64,000 nt of DNA. It comes from an uncultured virus (IMG/VR IMGVR_UViG_3300027749_003369). Lineage: Duplodnaviria; Heunggongvirae; Uroviricota; Caudoviricetes. The stretch lies in IMG/VR virus record IMGVR_UViG_3300027749_003369; one strand, given 5' to 3'. This document shows positions 1-10,028 of this stretch, piece by piece (the stretch's first letter is position 1; the number at the start of each line of letters is the position of its first letter). Both the position numbers and the translations under genes were made by a program. The notes under the pieces were generated by a model that had not been told where the DNA came from, ran no database searches, and was given only the letters and a program-made list of their open reading frames with translations.

Positions 1-117
1 TTTACTACTGGAACATTAATATCATTTCCTTCTTTTGTGTGGCATAAAGTAAATCCTGTTACGTTTGGTACAAGAAAAGTATTGGTGGGGTGGGCAGTTG
101 GTTCTCAATTTGTTTAA
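1..117 (+). CDS. 2OG-Fe(II) oxygenase, C-terminal fragment (5' truncated by window edge)
   Basis: Frame 1 reads FTTGTLISFPSFVWHKVNPVTFGTRKVLVGW...*; FPS..H.V.PV..G.R motif of prolyl-4-hydroxylase-like 2OG-Fe(II) oxygenases. Confidence 0.8.
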   Translation, partial: FTTGTLISFPSFVWHKVNPVTFGTRKVLVGWAVGSQFV

Positions 118-119
118 CC

Positions 120-1628
120 ATGACACTTACAAAATATATAATCATAGATAAAAAAAACGAAGTATATATTAAAATAGAAGCAGAAGATGCTATTCGTAGA
201 GATTTGTCTGAATATTTTACATTTGAGGTACCAGGTTATAAATTTACACCTCAGTTTAGAAATCGTTTTTGGGACGGTAAAATAAGATTATTTTCTTATG
301 CAACTGGTCAAATATTTGCTGGCCTTTATCCATATATTGTTAAATGGTGTCAAGATAATAAAATACAAATTGTAGATGGTGCAAAAATAAAAGACGTAGA
401 TGTTGATAAAACATTAGTGAATAAATTTGTATCTGGTTTAAAGATACCAATGGAAATAAGAGATTATCAAAAAGAAGCCTTTATACATGCGTTACAAAAA
501 AGTCGTTGTTTGTTATTATCTCCTACAGCATCTGGTAAATCATTAATAGTTTATCTATTAGTTAGGTTTAATATGTTAAGATTAAAAGATAAGACAAATA
601 ATAAAATATTAATTATAGTTCCTACTACATCATTGGTTGAACAATTATTTAAAGACTTTAAGGATTATGGTTGGAATCCTGATAAAAATGTTCATAGAAT
701 ATATCAAGGTCACGATAAAGAAACAGATAAAAATGTAGTTATATCAACTTGGCAGTCTGTTTATAATTTACCTAAAAAATGGTTTAAATCATTTGGTGTA
801 GTGATAGGTGATGAATGTCATTTATTTAAGGCCGTTTCTTTAACTAAAATAATGACTAAACTAGAAGATTGTAAATATAGAATAGGTCTTACAGGCACTT
901 TAGATGGCACTAAAACTAATAAACTTGTTTTAGAAGGTTTATTTGGTGCTGTTAATAAAGTTACATCAACTGCTGAACTACAAGAGAAAAAACAATTAGC
1001 GGATTTAAAAATTATATGTTTAGTATTACAACATGACCAATATTCAAAACACTTTTTAAAAGATAAAAGTTATCAAGAAGAAATGGATTTCTTGGTATCT
1101 AATGATAAAAGAAACAAATATATACGTAATTTATGTTTAGATTTAAAAGGTAATTCTTTAGTATTGTTTCAATATGTAGAAAAACATGGTGTTATATTAA
1201 AACAACTTGTAGAAGATAAAGCAGATGATAGAAAAGTATTTTTCGTTCATGGTGGTGTAGAGGCTGAAGAACGAGAAAAGATACGATTTATAACTGAAAA
1301 ATCTGATAACGCAATTATAATCGCCAGTTACGGAACGTTTAGTACTGGTATTAATATAAGAAATTTACATAATATTGTTTTTGCAAGTCCAAGTAAATCT
1401 CGAATAAGAAATTTACAATCTATTGGTAGAGGCCTTCGTTTAAAAGATAATAATTCGGCCGCTACTCTATATGATATAGCAGATGATCTTACATACAACG
1501 GTAAAGAGAATTATACATTACAACACTTCAGAGAAAGAATAAATATATACACTGGTGAAAACTTTAATTACGAAATTCATAACGTAGAATTAAACAATGG
1601 AACAAATAAAAATAATAAAACTAATTAA
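120..1628 (+). CDS. uvsW: UvsW-like SF2 DNA helicase
   Basis: WDGKIRL, SPTASGKS (Walker A), DECH, GLTGT and QSIGRGLR motifs; ATG at 120 preferred over GTG at 90. Confidence 0.95.
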   Translation: MTLTKYIIIDKKNEVYIKIEAEDAIRRDLSEYFTFEVPGYKFTPQFRNRFWDGKIRLFSYATGQIFAGLYPYIVKWCQDNKIQIVDGAKIKDVDVDKTLVNKFVSGLKIPMEIRDYQKEAFIHALQKSRCLLLSPTASGKSLIVYLLVRFNMLRLKDKTNNKILIIVPTTSLVEQLFKDFKDYGWNPDKNVHRIYQGHDKETDKNVVISTWQSVYNLPKKWFKSFGVVIGDECHLFKAVSLTKIMTKLEDCKYRIGLTGTLDGTKTNKLVLEGLFGAVNKVTSTAELQEKKQLADLKIICLVLQHDQYSKHFLKDKSYQEEMDFLVSNDKRNKYIRNLCLDLKGNSLVLFQYVEKHGVILKQLVEDKADDRKVFFVHGGVEAEEREKIRFITEKSDNAIIIASYGTFSTGINIRNLHNIVFASPSKSRIRNLQSIGRGLRLKDNNSAATLYDIADDLTYNGKENYTLQHFRERINIYTGENFNYEIHNVELNNGTNKNNKTN

Positions 1629-2004
1629 CGGAGACGACATTGTTTGTAGTCTTGCAAAAGAACAGTTGCCAGATAGAACTCCCTTATTGCGTTTAGAAAA
1701 GCCGTTACAAATTAAATACGTATCACAATTAACACCAAGAGGTCTTAAAGATTATATCGCATTAATTAAATGGGTCGGTTATACAAATGACCAAATTATA
1801 ACTATTCCAAAAGATAAAATTGTTACAATTACAAATGCCACTGACGAGATGTCTAAGAGTTATTTAGAGGTATCTAAAAAGTATGAGAAGATTGTAACAC
1901 CTAAACGAGGTGAATTAGAATATGAAGAATTGTCGGAAGAAGAAAATGATGAGTATAATAAACTGTGGGACTCATTTAGAGATCATAAAAAGTCCATCCA
2001 TTAA
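1597..2004 (+). CDS. Conserved T4-like phage hypothetical protein (Sm-like, IKLINGDDIV)
   Basis: ORF between uvsW and gene 55; N-terminus similar to that of ORF 19018. Confidence 0.6.
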   Translation: MEQIKIIKLINGDDIVCSLAKEQLPDRTPLLRLEKPLQIKYVSQLTPRGLKDYIALIKWVGYTNDQIITIPKDKIVTITNATDEMSKSYLEVSKKYEKIVTPKRGELEYEELSEEENDEYNKLWDSFRDHKKSIH

Positions 2005-2111
2005 CTTGGAGTATTACCATCAAAGAGGCTACACGCCTATTATATACAGAAAAGAGAAAAAGTCAATACATCCTGGAACGAAATTTTTTTTAACAATAAG
2101 TAGATAAGTGA

Positions 2112-2140
2112 TTGACAAATAACACAAACTATAGTATATT
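2112..2140 (+). promoter_or_regulatory. Sigma70-type promoter for gene 55
   Basis: TTGACA-17 bp-TATATT; ATG 6 nt after the -10. Confidence 0.75.
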
Positions 2141-2146
2141 TAAATT

Positions 2147-2731
2147 ATGACAACATCAAAAAAATCAAAAGAACATTACGTTAGTAATAAAGAATTTTTA
2201 GCGGCAATGATTGTTTATAAAAAAATGTGTAAACAAGCAAAAAAAAATGGACAATCAAATCCTAGAGTACCAGATTATATTGGAACTTGTTTTTTAAAAA
2301 TAGCAAATCATTTATCATATAGACCAAATTTTATTAATTATACGTTTAGAGACGACATGATATCGGATGGTATAGAAAATTGTTTACAATATTTGGATAA
2401 CTTTGATCCTGATAAATCAAACAATCCATTTGCATACTTTACACAAATTATCTATTATGCTTTTATAAGAAGAATACAAAAAGAAAAAAAACAAACGACA
2501 ATTAAACATAAACTATTGTTAGATTCTAATTTTGATGATATGGCTTTACAACCCGGTGAAGATAGAGAATTTCATAATCAGTTTACAGAGTTTTTAAAAA
2601 AGAATTTGCCAATTGAAGAACCTAAGATTGAAAGTTTAACAACATATAGGGAAATAAAAAAAGAAAAAGAAAAGTTGAAAAAAAAGAAAGATAATAAAAA
2701 AGGAAAATTAGATTATTTTTTATTAAGTTAG
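2147..2731 (+). CDS. 55: Late transcription sigma factor gp55
   Basis: HYVSNKEF, KIANHLSYRPNFINY, DMISDGIENC and NPFAYFTQI motifs. Confidence 0.95.
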   Translation: MTTSKKSKEHYVSNKEFLAAMIVYKKMCKQAKKNGQSNPRVPDYIGTCFLKIANHLSYRPNFINYTFRDDMISDGIENCLQYLDNFDPDKSNNPFAYFTQIIYYAFIRRIQKEKKQTTIKHKLLLDSNFDDMALQPGEDREFHNQFTEFLKKNLPIEEPKIESLTTYREIKKEKEKLKKKKDNKKGKLDYFLLS

Positions 2732-2732
2732 T

Positions 2733-3785
2733 ATGAAAATTGCGTTGATAAATGATACGCATTGGGGAGCCAGAAATGATTCTCCTGCGTTTATAGATTA
2801 TTTTAACAAATTTTACAAGGAAGTTTTCTTTCCTTATTTACAAGAGAACAATATCAAAACTATAATTCATCTAGGCGATGTGGTTGATAGAAGAAAGTTT
2901 ATTAATCACAATACAGCTTACAACTTTAAATTAAATTTTTGGAACAAGATAGAAGAATTAAATTTAAACATACATATTCTATTAGGTAACCACGACACGT
3001 ATTATAAAAATACAAATGAAGTAAACGCATTACAAAATTTAAATATACCAAAAAATACTAAAGTTTATACAAAATCAGAAACGGTTACATTTGATGGACT
3101 TGATATATTGTTTTTACCATGGATTTGTGATGATATTATGGAAGAATCTTTACATGCAATAGAAAGTTCTACAGCACAAATAGTTATGGGACATTTAGAG
3201 ATAAAAGGTTTCGAAATGCACAAAGGTCATGTTAACGAACAAGGATTAGATAAGTCTTTATTTAAAAGATTTGAAAAAGTATTATCAGGACATTTTCATA
3301 AGAAATCGGATGATGGACATGTTTACTATCTAGGTTCGCCTTATGAGATTACATGGTCTGATTATAAATGTCCAAAAGGTTTTCATATATTTGATACAGA
3401 GACAAGAGAACTTATAAGAGTGCCTAATCCATTAAGAATACACAAGAAATTAATTTACAATGATAAACAAGAAGATTATTCTAAAAAAGATTTAACGCAG
3501 TTTGAAAATACATTTGTTAAGTTGTTTATATCAAATAAAACAGATGTAGATATGTTTGATAAGTTGGCCGACAGATTTCATAACGAAATAAACGTATATG
3601 AATTAAATATTATAGAAGATTTAACTTCTGATATAACAGCCACAGTCAAAGAAGATATATTAGATCAAGGAGAAGATACATTAACATTTTTAGGTAATTA
3701 TATTGATCAAATAGATACAACATTAGATAAAACTAAATTAAAAAAATTTGCAAAAGAATTATATGTAGAGGCTAGTGAAACGTGA
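2733..3785 (+). CDS. 47: Recombination nuclease gp47 (Mre11/SbcD-like)
   Basis: DTHWG, GDVVD, GNHD and GHFH metallophosphoesterase motifs; synteny. Confidence 0.95.
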   Translation: MKIALINDTHWGARNDSPAFIDYFNKFYKEVFFPYLQENNIKTIIHLGDVVDRRKFINHNTAYNFKLNFWNKIEELNLNIHILLGNHDTYYKNTNEVNALQNLNIPKNTKVYTKSETVTFDGLDILFLPWICDDIMEESLHAIESSTAQIVMGHLEIKGFEMHKGHVNEQGLDKSLFKRFEKVLSGHFHKKSDDGHVYYLGSPYEITWSDYKCPKGFHIFDTETRELIRVPNPLRIHKKLIYNDKQEDYSKKDLTQFENTFVKLFISNKTDVDMFDKLADRFHNEINVYELNIIEDLTSDITATVKEDILDQGEDTLTFLGNYIDQIDTTLDKTKLKKFAKELYVEASET

Positions 3786-5497
3786 TAGTATTTAAAAAAA
3801 TTAAATGGAAAAACTTTTTATCCACTGGTAATACTCCAATAGAAATAGAATTGAACAAAGCACCAACAACACTTATTATAGGAACAAATGGTAGTGGCAA
3901 ATCAACATTACTTGATGCCTTATGTTTTGTTTTATTTAACAAACCATTTAGAATGATTAAGAAAGAACAGATAGTTAATACTATTAATGATGCTGATGCC
4001 GAAGTAACTGTAGAATTTACAGTAGGAACAAAGAATTATGTTATAACAAGAGGCATCAAACCAAATAAATTTGAAATATATTCAGATGGCGAATTAGTAA
4101 ATCAAGATGCTTCTAGTATTGATTATCAAAAATATTTAGAGGCTAATATAATGAAATTAAACTACAGATCGTTTATACAAGTTGTTATATTAGGTTCTTC
4201 TTCGTATGAACCATTTATGAAAATGAAACCAAGATACAGACGTGAGGTTGTAGAAGAAATTTTAGATATCAGAGTGTTTGGTTTAATGGATTTAATATTA
4301 AGAAGTCAACAATCAGATTTGCAAAAGAATATAACAGAGATAAGACACAAATGTGATTTAATTACTTCCAAATACGAATTAGAAACAAAACACTTTAAAG
4401 AATTACAAGGTCGTAACATAGATGATAAAGATTATAAAAAAAATACATTAGATAAAAATAATAAAGATTTACAAGAGTATCTTAAAAAAATTACTTTATT
4501 AAATGTTGAAATAGAGAACAATAAAAACAACTTGGTAGAAAGAGATACAGTTAATGCAAAAGCCAATCAATTATCTAAATTAGAAGCAAAAATTGAAAAC
4601 AATCTATTAAAACATAAAAGAACATTAGAGTTTTTTCATAATAATGATACATGTCCAGAGTGTACTCAATCTATTAATGAAGAATTTAAATCTACTAAAA
4701 TAGATAATGAAAGTAAAATAATACACAAATTAGAAGGTGGATTGAAAGATTTGTTATCTGAAATAATAAAAACAGAAACAAAAGTAAACGAACTAAATGA
4801 AGTATCACAAAAAGTAAATGAATTGAACGTAGAGATTGCAAAGATCAATACTTCTGTAGATGAACTTAAAAAATATAGTGATAAAATACATGAAGAAATA
4901 TTATTGTTAGAAAACAAAGAATCGGATGGTAAGAATATACAACAACAGTTAGATAAATTAAAGGTAGAACTAGAAGAATCAAAAGTATCGTTAGATAAAG
5001 TAACTGAAGAAAAACAATATGTAGATGTAGTAAGAGAGATATTAAACGACAAAGGAGCAAAAGCCAAAATTATTAAAAAGTATTTGCCTATTATGAATAC
5101 ATTAATCAATCAGTATTTACAATCAATGGATTTTTTTATATCTTTTCATTTGGATGAAGAATTTAATGAAACAGTCAAAAGCCGACATAGAGATACATTT
5201 GATTATAATAATTTTAGCGAAGGAGAAAAGATGAGAATAGATTTAGCATTACTATTTACATGGAGAACAATCGCTAAAATGAAAAATAGTACCAATACAA
5301 ATCTATTAGTACTGGATGAAATATTTGATGGTAGTTTAGATGGTCAAGGAACAGATGACTTTTTTAAGATTATCAAATCAATGCCAAAAGAAAACATCTT
5401 TATTATATCTCATAAAGGAGATATTTTATTTGATAAATTTACAAACATAATCCGCTTTGATAAAGAGCATAATTTTACGAGGTTACAGAATGCCTAA
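3782..5497 (+). CDS. 46: Recombination ATPase gp46 (Rad50/SbcC-like)
   Basis: GTNGSGKS, CPEC zinc hook, FSEGEKMRID signature and LDEIFD. Confidence 0.95.
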   Translation: MIVFKKIKWKNFLSTGNTPIEIELNKAPTTLIIGTNGSGKSTLLDALCFVLFNKPFRMIKKEQIVNTINDADAEVTVEFTVGTKNYVITRGIKPNKFEIYSDGELVNQDASSIDYQKYLEANIMKLNYRSFIQVVILGSSSYEPFMKMKPRYRREVVEEILDIRVFGLMDLILRSQQSDLQKNITEIRHKCDLITSKYELETKHFKELQGRNIDDKDYKKNTLDKNNKDLQEYLKKITLLNVEIENNKNNLVERDTVNAKANQLSKLEAKIENNLLKHKRTLEFFHNNDTCPECTQSINEEFKSTKIDNESKIIHKLEGGLKDLLSEIIKTETKVNELNEVSQKVNELNVEIAKINTSVDELKKYSDKIHEEILLLENKESDGKNIQQQLDKLKVELEESKVSLDKVTEEKQYVDVVREILNDKGAKAKIIKKYLPIMNTLINQYLQSMDFFISFHLDEEFNETVKSRHRDTFDYNNFSEGEKMRIDLALLFTWRTIAKMKNSTNTNLLVLDEIFDGSLDGQGTDDFFKIIKSMPKENIFIISHKGDILFDKFTNIIRFDKEHNFTRLQNA

Positions 5498-6047
5498 AGA
5501 ACTTAAATTAATACCGCCAACAGATCCAAGAGTACAATCAGCAATAGCACCATTTACAGATGATATGTTGAAAGAACACGATTTTAAAGATAGAAAAGAA
5601 TTAACAAATACCATGTTTGTTACTATGTTCAAGTACGGTGGATTAGGACTATCTGCCAATCAAGTTGGTTTACCTTTTAATATGTTTGTATTTGGAGGGC
5701 ATCCACAACTAGAACAAGGCAAAAAAGTTGCAGTATTTAATCCAGTCATTATTCAAAAAAGCGAAGAAGAAGTATTAATGAAAGAAGGTTGTTTAACTTT
5801 TCCTTTTCTATTTTTATCATTAAAAAGACCAAGAAAAATCGTTGCAAAATTTGAAGATGAAGATGGTGTATTAAAAGAAGCACATTTAGATGGTATGATG
5901 AGTAGAATTTTTCAACACGAATATGACCACATGTTTGGCTTTTTATTCACTGAAAAAGCAAGTAAGTTAAAATTGGATTTAGCTTATGAAAAAGCACAAA
6001 AAGAAATAACCAAAGTACAAAAAAGAAAGGAGAAGTCTAATGGCTAG
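5490..6047 (+). CDS. def: Peptide deformylase
   Basis: GLGLSANQVG, EGCLT and QHEYDH motifs. Confidence 0.95.
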   Translation: MPKELKLIPPTDPRVQSAIAPFTDDMLKEHDFKDRKELTNTMFVTMFKYGGLGLSANQVGLPFNMFVFGGHPQLEQGKKVAVFNPVIIQKSEEEVLMKEGCLTFPFLFLSLKRPRKIVAKFEDEDGVLKEAHLDGMMSRIFQHEYDHMFGFLFTEKASKLKLDLAYEKAQKEITKVQKRKEKSNG

Positions 6048-6261
6048 TTATACAGACGAGATAGGTAAACCTAAAATGTCGCAAGAAGAACGAGACAAAC
6101 TTATGCAAGAGTTTTTAGAAAAAGGCGGTAAAATTAAAGAACTAAAACCTGGTATTGCAAAAGGCGCTGCCTCTATAAACAGAAGTAAAAATTTACAATG
6201 GTCTGAAAAAGAAGTAATACGACAAGAGCATGGTGAAAATTTCATACCAAGTAAAGAATAA
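6040..6261 (+). CDS. Small protein with SutA-like RNAP-binding motif
   Basis: EERDKLMQEFLEKGGKIKEL resembles the SutA conserved segment. Confidence 0.5.
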   Translation: MASYTDEIGKPKMSQEERDKLMQEFLEKGGKIKELKPGIAKGAASINRSKNLQWSEKEVIRQEHGENFIPSKE

Positions 6262-6297
6262 TTTGACTTTTGAAATAAATTAGTATATACTTATATT

Positions 6298-7605
6298 ATG
6301 GCCGTTAAAAAAGAATTAGATCCATTTATAGAAAATCAATGGAAAGAATGGCAAGATACCAATCCACTTGATAAAATACCAGATATAGATACAGATAAAC
6401 TTAAAGATATAGTTATTAAAGATTTATCTTTTGTATCTGTTATGAATGTAAAAGAATATACACTATATCAAAAATGGTGTGAAATACATCAAAAATATCC
6501 TACTATAGAAACAAATAGTTTTTTTGATGACAGGCCAGCATTAGCAGATCCTGAACAAGGTGCCATCATACAAGAAGTAAAAAATAACTTTTGGAATCCA
6601 CAGGATCCAATGGAGTATTTAAATTTAGAACCAGAACTTATTTACACAGAGGTCAATAACGAGGGTAAAGTTGGTTCAGTAACAGGTAAGAAATTACCAG
6701 CCATTTGGAATACATTAAGAACATTTCTTTCTACAATGAAAAACAATAGTAACATTGGTAGAAATTTATACTTTATTATAAGAGATAAAAAAACAGAAAA
6801 GTATCTAGGCGTTACTTGTATGTCCTCAGACTTTTTAGATTTAACACCAAGAGATGATTATATAGGTTGGGATAGAGAAACAAAAACACAAAGAATGATC
6901 AATCATACTTGTATTGGTAGTACGATTGTACCTATACAACCACTAGGTTATAACTTAGTTGGTGGTAAATTATTAGCACTATTATGTTTATCAGATACAG
7001 TTGAGAAAACGTGGGAGAAACAATATGGTGATAAACTTGTAGGTGTTACAACAACATCTTTATATGGTAAAACAAAAACAATACCATTATCACAATACGA
7101 TAGATTAGATCATTGGAAGAAAATGGGTTGGACAGCAGGTTCAGTATCATTTGAAACAGAAAGATCAACAAGAAAACTTATACAACAATGGTTAATGAAA
7201 AATCATACTAGAAAATACTTTGAATGGTACATTGCAACGAAGCCAAGTGGACAACCACACAAAAGAGATCATAGAAATAGAAGTCATACTTTTACATATA
7301 GTCAATTAGGTATAGATAAGAAACTTATTAAATCAGAACATGCAAGAGGCATTTACTTTAGTGAACTATTTAAAAATACAAAAGAATATTTAAGAGAAGA
7401 AATTAAAGAAGATAAGTTAGTAAGAGCCTTTGATAACTCAACAGAAGCTTTAACGCATATATGGAAAACAAAATATGCAAAGAAAAGAATAGAATCTTTA
7501 ATAGCACAAGGTAGAGTATCAAAAGAAAGTCATTTCTATGATGACATTATTTACTTAAATTGGGAAGAAACCAAGAAAAAATACCTTTTTCAAGTAGGCC
7601 GATAA
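6298..7605 (+). CDS. DUF4338 / Druantia DruA-like protein (paralog 1)
   Basis: GRNLYFII, PLGYNLVGGKLLA and TTSLYG...SQYD motifs; own promoter TTGACT(6263)-17-TATACT. Confidence 0.75.
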   Translation: MAVKKELDPFIENQWKEWQDTNPLDKIPDIDTDKLKDIVIKDLSFVSVMNVKEYTLYQKWCEIHQKYPTIETNSFFDDRPALADPEQGAIIQEVKNNFWNPQDPMEYLNLEPELIYTEVNNEGKVGSVTGKKLPAIWNTLRTFLSTMKNNSNIGRNLYFIIRDKKTEKYLGVTCMSSDFLDLTPRDDYIGWDRETKTQRMINHTCIGSTIVPIQPLGYNLVGGKLLALLCLSDTVEKTWEKQYGDKLVGVTTTSLYGKTKTIPLSQYDRLDHWKKMGWTAGSVSFETERSTRKLIQQWLMKNHTRKYFEWYIATKPSGQPHKRDHRNRSHTFTYSQLGIDKKLIKSEHARGIYFSELFKNTKEYLREEIKEDKLVRAFDNSTEALTHIWKTKYAKKRIESLIAQGRVSKESHFYDDIIYLNWEETKKKYLFQVGR

Positions 7606-7638
7606 GCGACCTTGACACAATTTTGACACAATCTTCCG

Positions 7639-7709
7639 TAAGTCATTGATTTTAAAGCGTTTTAAATTTAATCATAACCATTGCGTTTTGTATTTAATGG
7701 TGTTATATT
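7639..7709 (+). promoter_or_regulatory. Early-type promoter with upstream IHF-consensus site
   Basis: TAAGTCATTGATT (7639), TTGCGT (7681), TG-n-TATATT (7704). Confidence 0.65.
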
Positions 7710-7715
7710 ATATGT

Positions 7716-9926
7716 ATGGTTAAAATTAATAAAGTAAATATCGAATCAAAGTCTCAATTAGCAAAATTATTCGCTACAGAAAATTTATCAGTAGAACATA
7801 ACAACGTAAAAACAGCTTCGTTTGATTTAGAAAATCGTATTGTTACTTTACCAATATTCAAAAAACCACAAGGTGATGTTTATGACATGTTAACAGCACA
7901 CGAATGTTCACACGCTTTACATACACCTATGAAAGCATGGTCTAAGTTAGAAGATCCAAAATACAGAGCTTACGTTAACGTTATTGAAGATACAAGAATT
8001 GATAAACTAATTCAAAAAAAATATCCAGGTATTATAAAAAATTATATTAATGCTTTTGAAGTATTAATGAAAGATAACTTTTTTGGTTTAAAAGGTAAAA
8101 ATTTAAATACAGATTTAATGTTGATTGATAAAATTAATATGTATTATAAATCTTCTAAAAAATTAAAAATTAACTTCTCAAAAGAAGAGCAAGTATGGGT
8201 AGATAAAATTGATAACATTAAAACATTTAATGATGTATTAAAAATTGCTAAAGAATTATATGGATGGCAAGAAAAACAATTACAACAATTATCTATGTTA
8301 CCAGAATTTGATAAACACACAATAGCTAAAAATTATAAACTAGATAAAAATGGCAAAAAAATTAAAGTACAAGAATCACAAAATGGTGAAGGAAACGAAT
8401 CAGATTTTAATAAAGATAAACAAGAAGGCAATTCTTCAGTTGGTAACCCTAACGGCGCTGGCGGCGATAATGTTAGAGTTGATACTGCTTTAGATTGTAT
8501 TACTGATAAAACATTTGAACAGTCAAAAGAACAATTATTAGATAAAACAAAATCTTACAGATACGCTACATTACCTGAACCTAATCTTAAAAACGCATTA
8601 GTATCTTACGAACAATTTTTAAAAGATATGAGAAATAATAATAATTTTTATTTTAAACAGCCTAACGCTAAACATTATCAAATGTATTGGAATTGGATTA
8701 AACAAGATTTCTTAAAATTTAAAAAAGATAGTTCAAAAACTGTAATGTATTTGGTTAAAGAATTTGAAATGAAAAAAGCAGCTACTGCTTATAAGAGAGC
8801 AACTACCGACAAAACAGGTGTTATTGATTCTCTTAAATTAAAAAACTATAAATTCAGCGATGATATCTTTAAAAGATTAACAGTACTACCTAATAGTAAA
8901 AATCATGGTATGATTATGTTACTTGATTGGTCAGGATCAATGTGTGATCTTATGAATAAGACAGTTCAACAATTATGTAATCTAGTTTGGTTTTGTCAAA
9001 AAATTAATATACCTTTTGAAGTGTATTTGTTTAAAGATGTACAAGACAAAAAAGATGATACAAAAGAATATTTTAAATTCAAAAATGGCAATATGTATGC
9101 TGAAAAGTCTCATTTAGTAAATGTTGCTAGTCATAGAATGAAAAAAACAGTATTACATGAAGCATTATTACACCTTTATAAAATGGCCAATTATTTTAAC
9201 AGAGGTTTTCTTACTGCAAGAAGCGAAATTGAAGATAAAGGTTATCCAATTCCTGTAGACCAAGAATATCATTTAACATCTACACCTTTAAATGAAGCTA
9301 TTATAATGTGTAATAAATTAGTACCTTTATTTCAATCAAAATATAAAGTAGAAAAACTTTCATTTATTACTCTTACAGATGGTGAAACTAATTCAGAAGG
9401 TGCTGCTTATAATATAGATAACACTAAACCAGCTGGTAAAATTCATATTGATAATTATAGAGCTATAACAATTATTAAAGATGGTAAGAAAAACTATACA
9501 ACAGCATGTAATGAAACTCGTTATACTTCTAATAGAACAGCAATTACATCTACCTTATTAAAAATAATGCAATCAAAATATAATGTTACTACGATTGGTT
9601 TTTACTTATCTAAAAGAGTTAATAGAAATTCTTTTGAACAATTTGTAAATGAATATATACAAGTTAATGGCAAATACCAACACAATCCAAATTTTGAAAA
9701 ACTTAGAAAACAATTTTTAAAAGATAAAGTAATAGAAATATCTAAAGATGGTTACAATTCTTATTATGTAGTTAATGCTAAAGATATGAATATTCAAAAC
9801 TCAGATTTAAGTTCTATCAATAGCGACAATACCGCTAATGAAATTAAAAAAATATTTACTCAATCTATGAAAGGAAGATTATATTCCAGAGTATTATTAA
9901 ACAAATTTATAGAACAAATTGCTTAA
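7716..9926 (+). CDS. CobT-like metallopeptidase/VWA protein
   Basis: HECSH zinc motif, NVIEDTRI, VWA MIDAS LLDWSGSM, TPL and LTDGE; partner of downstream AAA+ ATPase. Confidence 0.8.
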   Translation: MVKINKVNIESKSQLAKLFATENLSVEHNNVKTASFDLENRIVTLPIFKKPQGDVYDMLTAHECSHALHTPMKAWSKLEDPKYRAYVNVIEDTRIDKLIQKKYPGIIKNYINAFEVLMKDNFFGLKGKNLNTDLMLIDKINMYYKSSKKLKINFSKEEQVWVDKIDNIKTFNDVLKIAKELYGWQEKQLQQLSMLPEFDKHTIAKNYKLDKNGKKIKVQESQNGEGNESDFNKDKQEGNSSVGNPNGAGGDNVRVDTALDCITDKTFEQSKEQLLDKTKSYRYATLPEPNLKNALVSYEQFLKDMRNNNNFYFKQPNAKHYQMYWNWIKQDFLKFKKDSSKTVMYLVKEFEMKKAATAYKRATTDKTGVIDSLKLKNYKFSDDIFKRLTVLPNSKNHGMIMLLDWSGSMCDLMNKTVQQLCNLVWFCQKINIPFEVYLFKDVQDKKDDTKEYFKFKNGNMYAEKSHLVNVASHRMKKTVLHEALLHLYKMANYFNRGFLTARSEIEDKGYPIPVDQEYHLTSTPLNEAIIMCNKLVPLFQSKYKVEKLSFITLTDGETNSEGAAYNIDNTKPAGKIHIDNYRAITIIKDGKKNYTTACNETRYTSNRTAITSTLLKIMQSKYNVTTIGFYLSKRVNRNSFEQFVNEYIQVNGKYQHNPNFEKLRKQFLKDKVIEISKDGYNSYYVVNAKDMNIQNSDLSSINSDNTANEIKKIFTQSMKGRLYSRVLLNKFIEQIA

Positions 9927-10028
9927 GCTTATGAATTTAAAGCATTTTTTCTTTAAAAAAAGACATAATTTTGACACAATTGTGTGTTATATTATATGTA
10001 TAAACAATAAAAAAAGGACTATTATATT

